Source of the DNA: Pristiophorus japonicus
Taxonomy: Eukaryota
Assembly: GCF_044704955.1 (NCBI RefSeq)
Contig: NW_027253893.1
Coordinates: forward strand, 62,001-126,000
Reading direction: 5' to 3'
DNA length: 64,000 nucleotides
Position 1 is the first letter of the stretch; every line of letters begins with the position of its first letter. The notes below the pieces were generated by a model. That model was not told where the DNA came from and did not search any database. It saw only the letters and a program-made list of their open reading frames with translations. Of the stretch, positions 63,501 to 64,000 are shown one piece after another. The position numbers and the translations under genes were made by a program.

Positions 63501-64000
63501 TGGGAGGTGATTAAATGGGAGGTAATCCCAGGACAGTGTAGTGTGTACAGGGGCTGTGGGAGGTGATTAAATGGGTGGTAATCCCAGGACAGTGTACTGT
63601 GTACAGGGGCTGTGGGAGGTGATTAAATGGGTGGTAATCCCAGGACAGTGTTCTGTGTACAGGGCCTGTGGGATGTGATTAAATGGGAGGTAATCCCAGG
63701 ACAGTGTAGTGTGTAGAGGGGCTGTGGGAGGTGATTAAATCGTTGGTAATCCCAGGACAGTGTACTGTGTACATGGGCTGTGGGAGGTGATTTAATGGGT
63801 GGTAATCTCAGGACAGTGCAGTGTGTACAGGGGTTGTGGGAGGTGATTAAATGAGTGGTAATCCCAGGGTAGTGTAGTGTGTATAGGGGCTGTGGGAGGT
63901 GATTAAATGGGTGGTAATCCCAGGACAGTGTAGTGTGTGCAGGTGCTGTGGGAGGTGATTAAATGGGTGGTAATCACAGGACAGTGTAGTGTGTGCAGGG
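33524..64000. repeat. 56-bp satellite (GTGGGAGGTGATTAAATGGGTGGTAATCCCAGGACAGTGTAGTGTGTACAGGGGCT)n, ~544 monomers, runs off the right edge
   Basis: 56-nt period (33541, 33597, ...); variant monomers recur in conserved order. Confidence 0.98.

Noticed and set aside
33524-64000. Satellite as an array of cryptic RSS (GACAGTG, TACTGTG) or as an Ig switch region
   Set aside because: GACAGTG lacks the essential CAC; TACTGTG variants have no convincing nonamer; the array is upstream of V and poor in AGCT.

Overview
Eukaryotic, repeat-dominated window, most likely from a cartilaginous fish (shark-type CR1 LINEs, Deu-domain tRNA-SINEs and a shark-like IgH V gene). Bases 1-33.5 kb are a mosaic of nested CR1 retrotransposons (one full-length with ORF1 esterase + ORF2 EN/RT, one with a nearly intact ORF2), SINEs, at least eight different minisatellites and a probable solo LTR. 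Bases ~33.5-64 kb are a single 56-bp G-rich satellite (~544 monomers) with higher-order structure. The only recognisable host gene is on the minus strand at 19135-18638: an immunoglobulin heavy-chain gene with TATA box, 46-nt leader exon, retained 108-nt intron and a V exon already fused to a JH segment (WGTGTSLTVTS + GTAAG donor) with no RSS or intervening DNA, i.e. a pre-joined V(D)J. The junction is out of frame by exactly one base; adding one T to a TT run gives CARRFAYWGTG. I found no constant-region exon in the 18.6 kb downstream. Nearly all other ORFs in the track are CR1 fragments, their antisense shadows, or translated tandem repeats.
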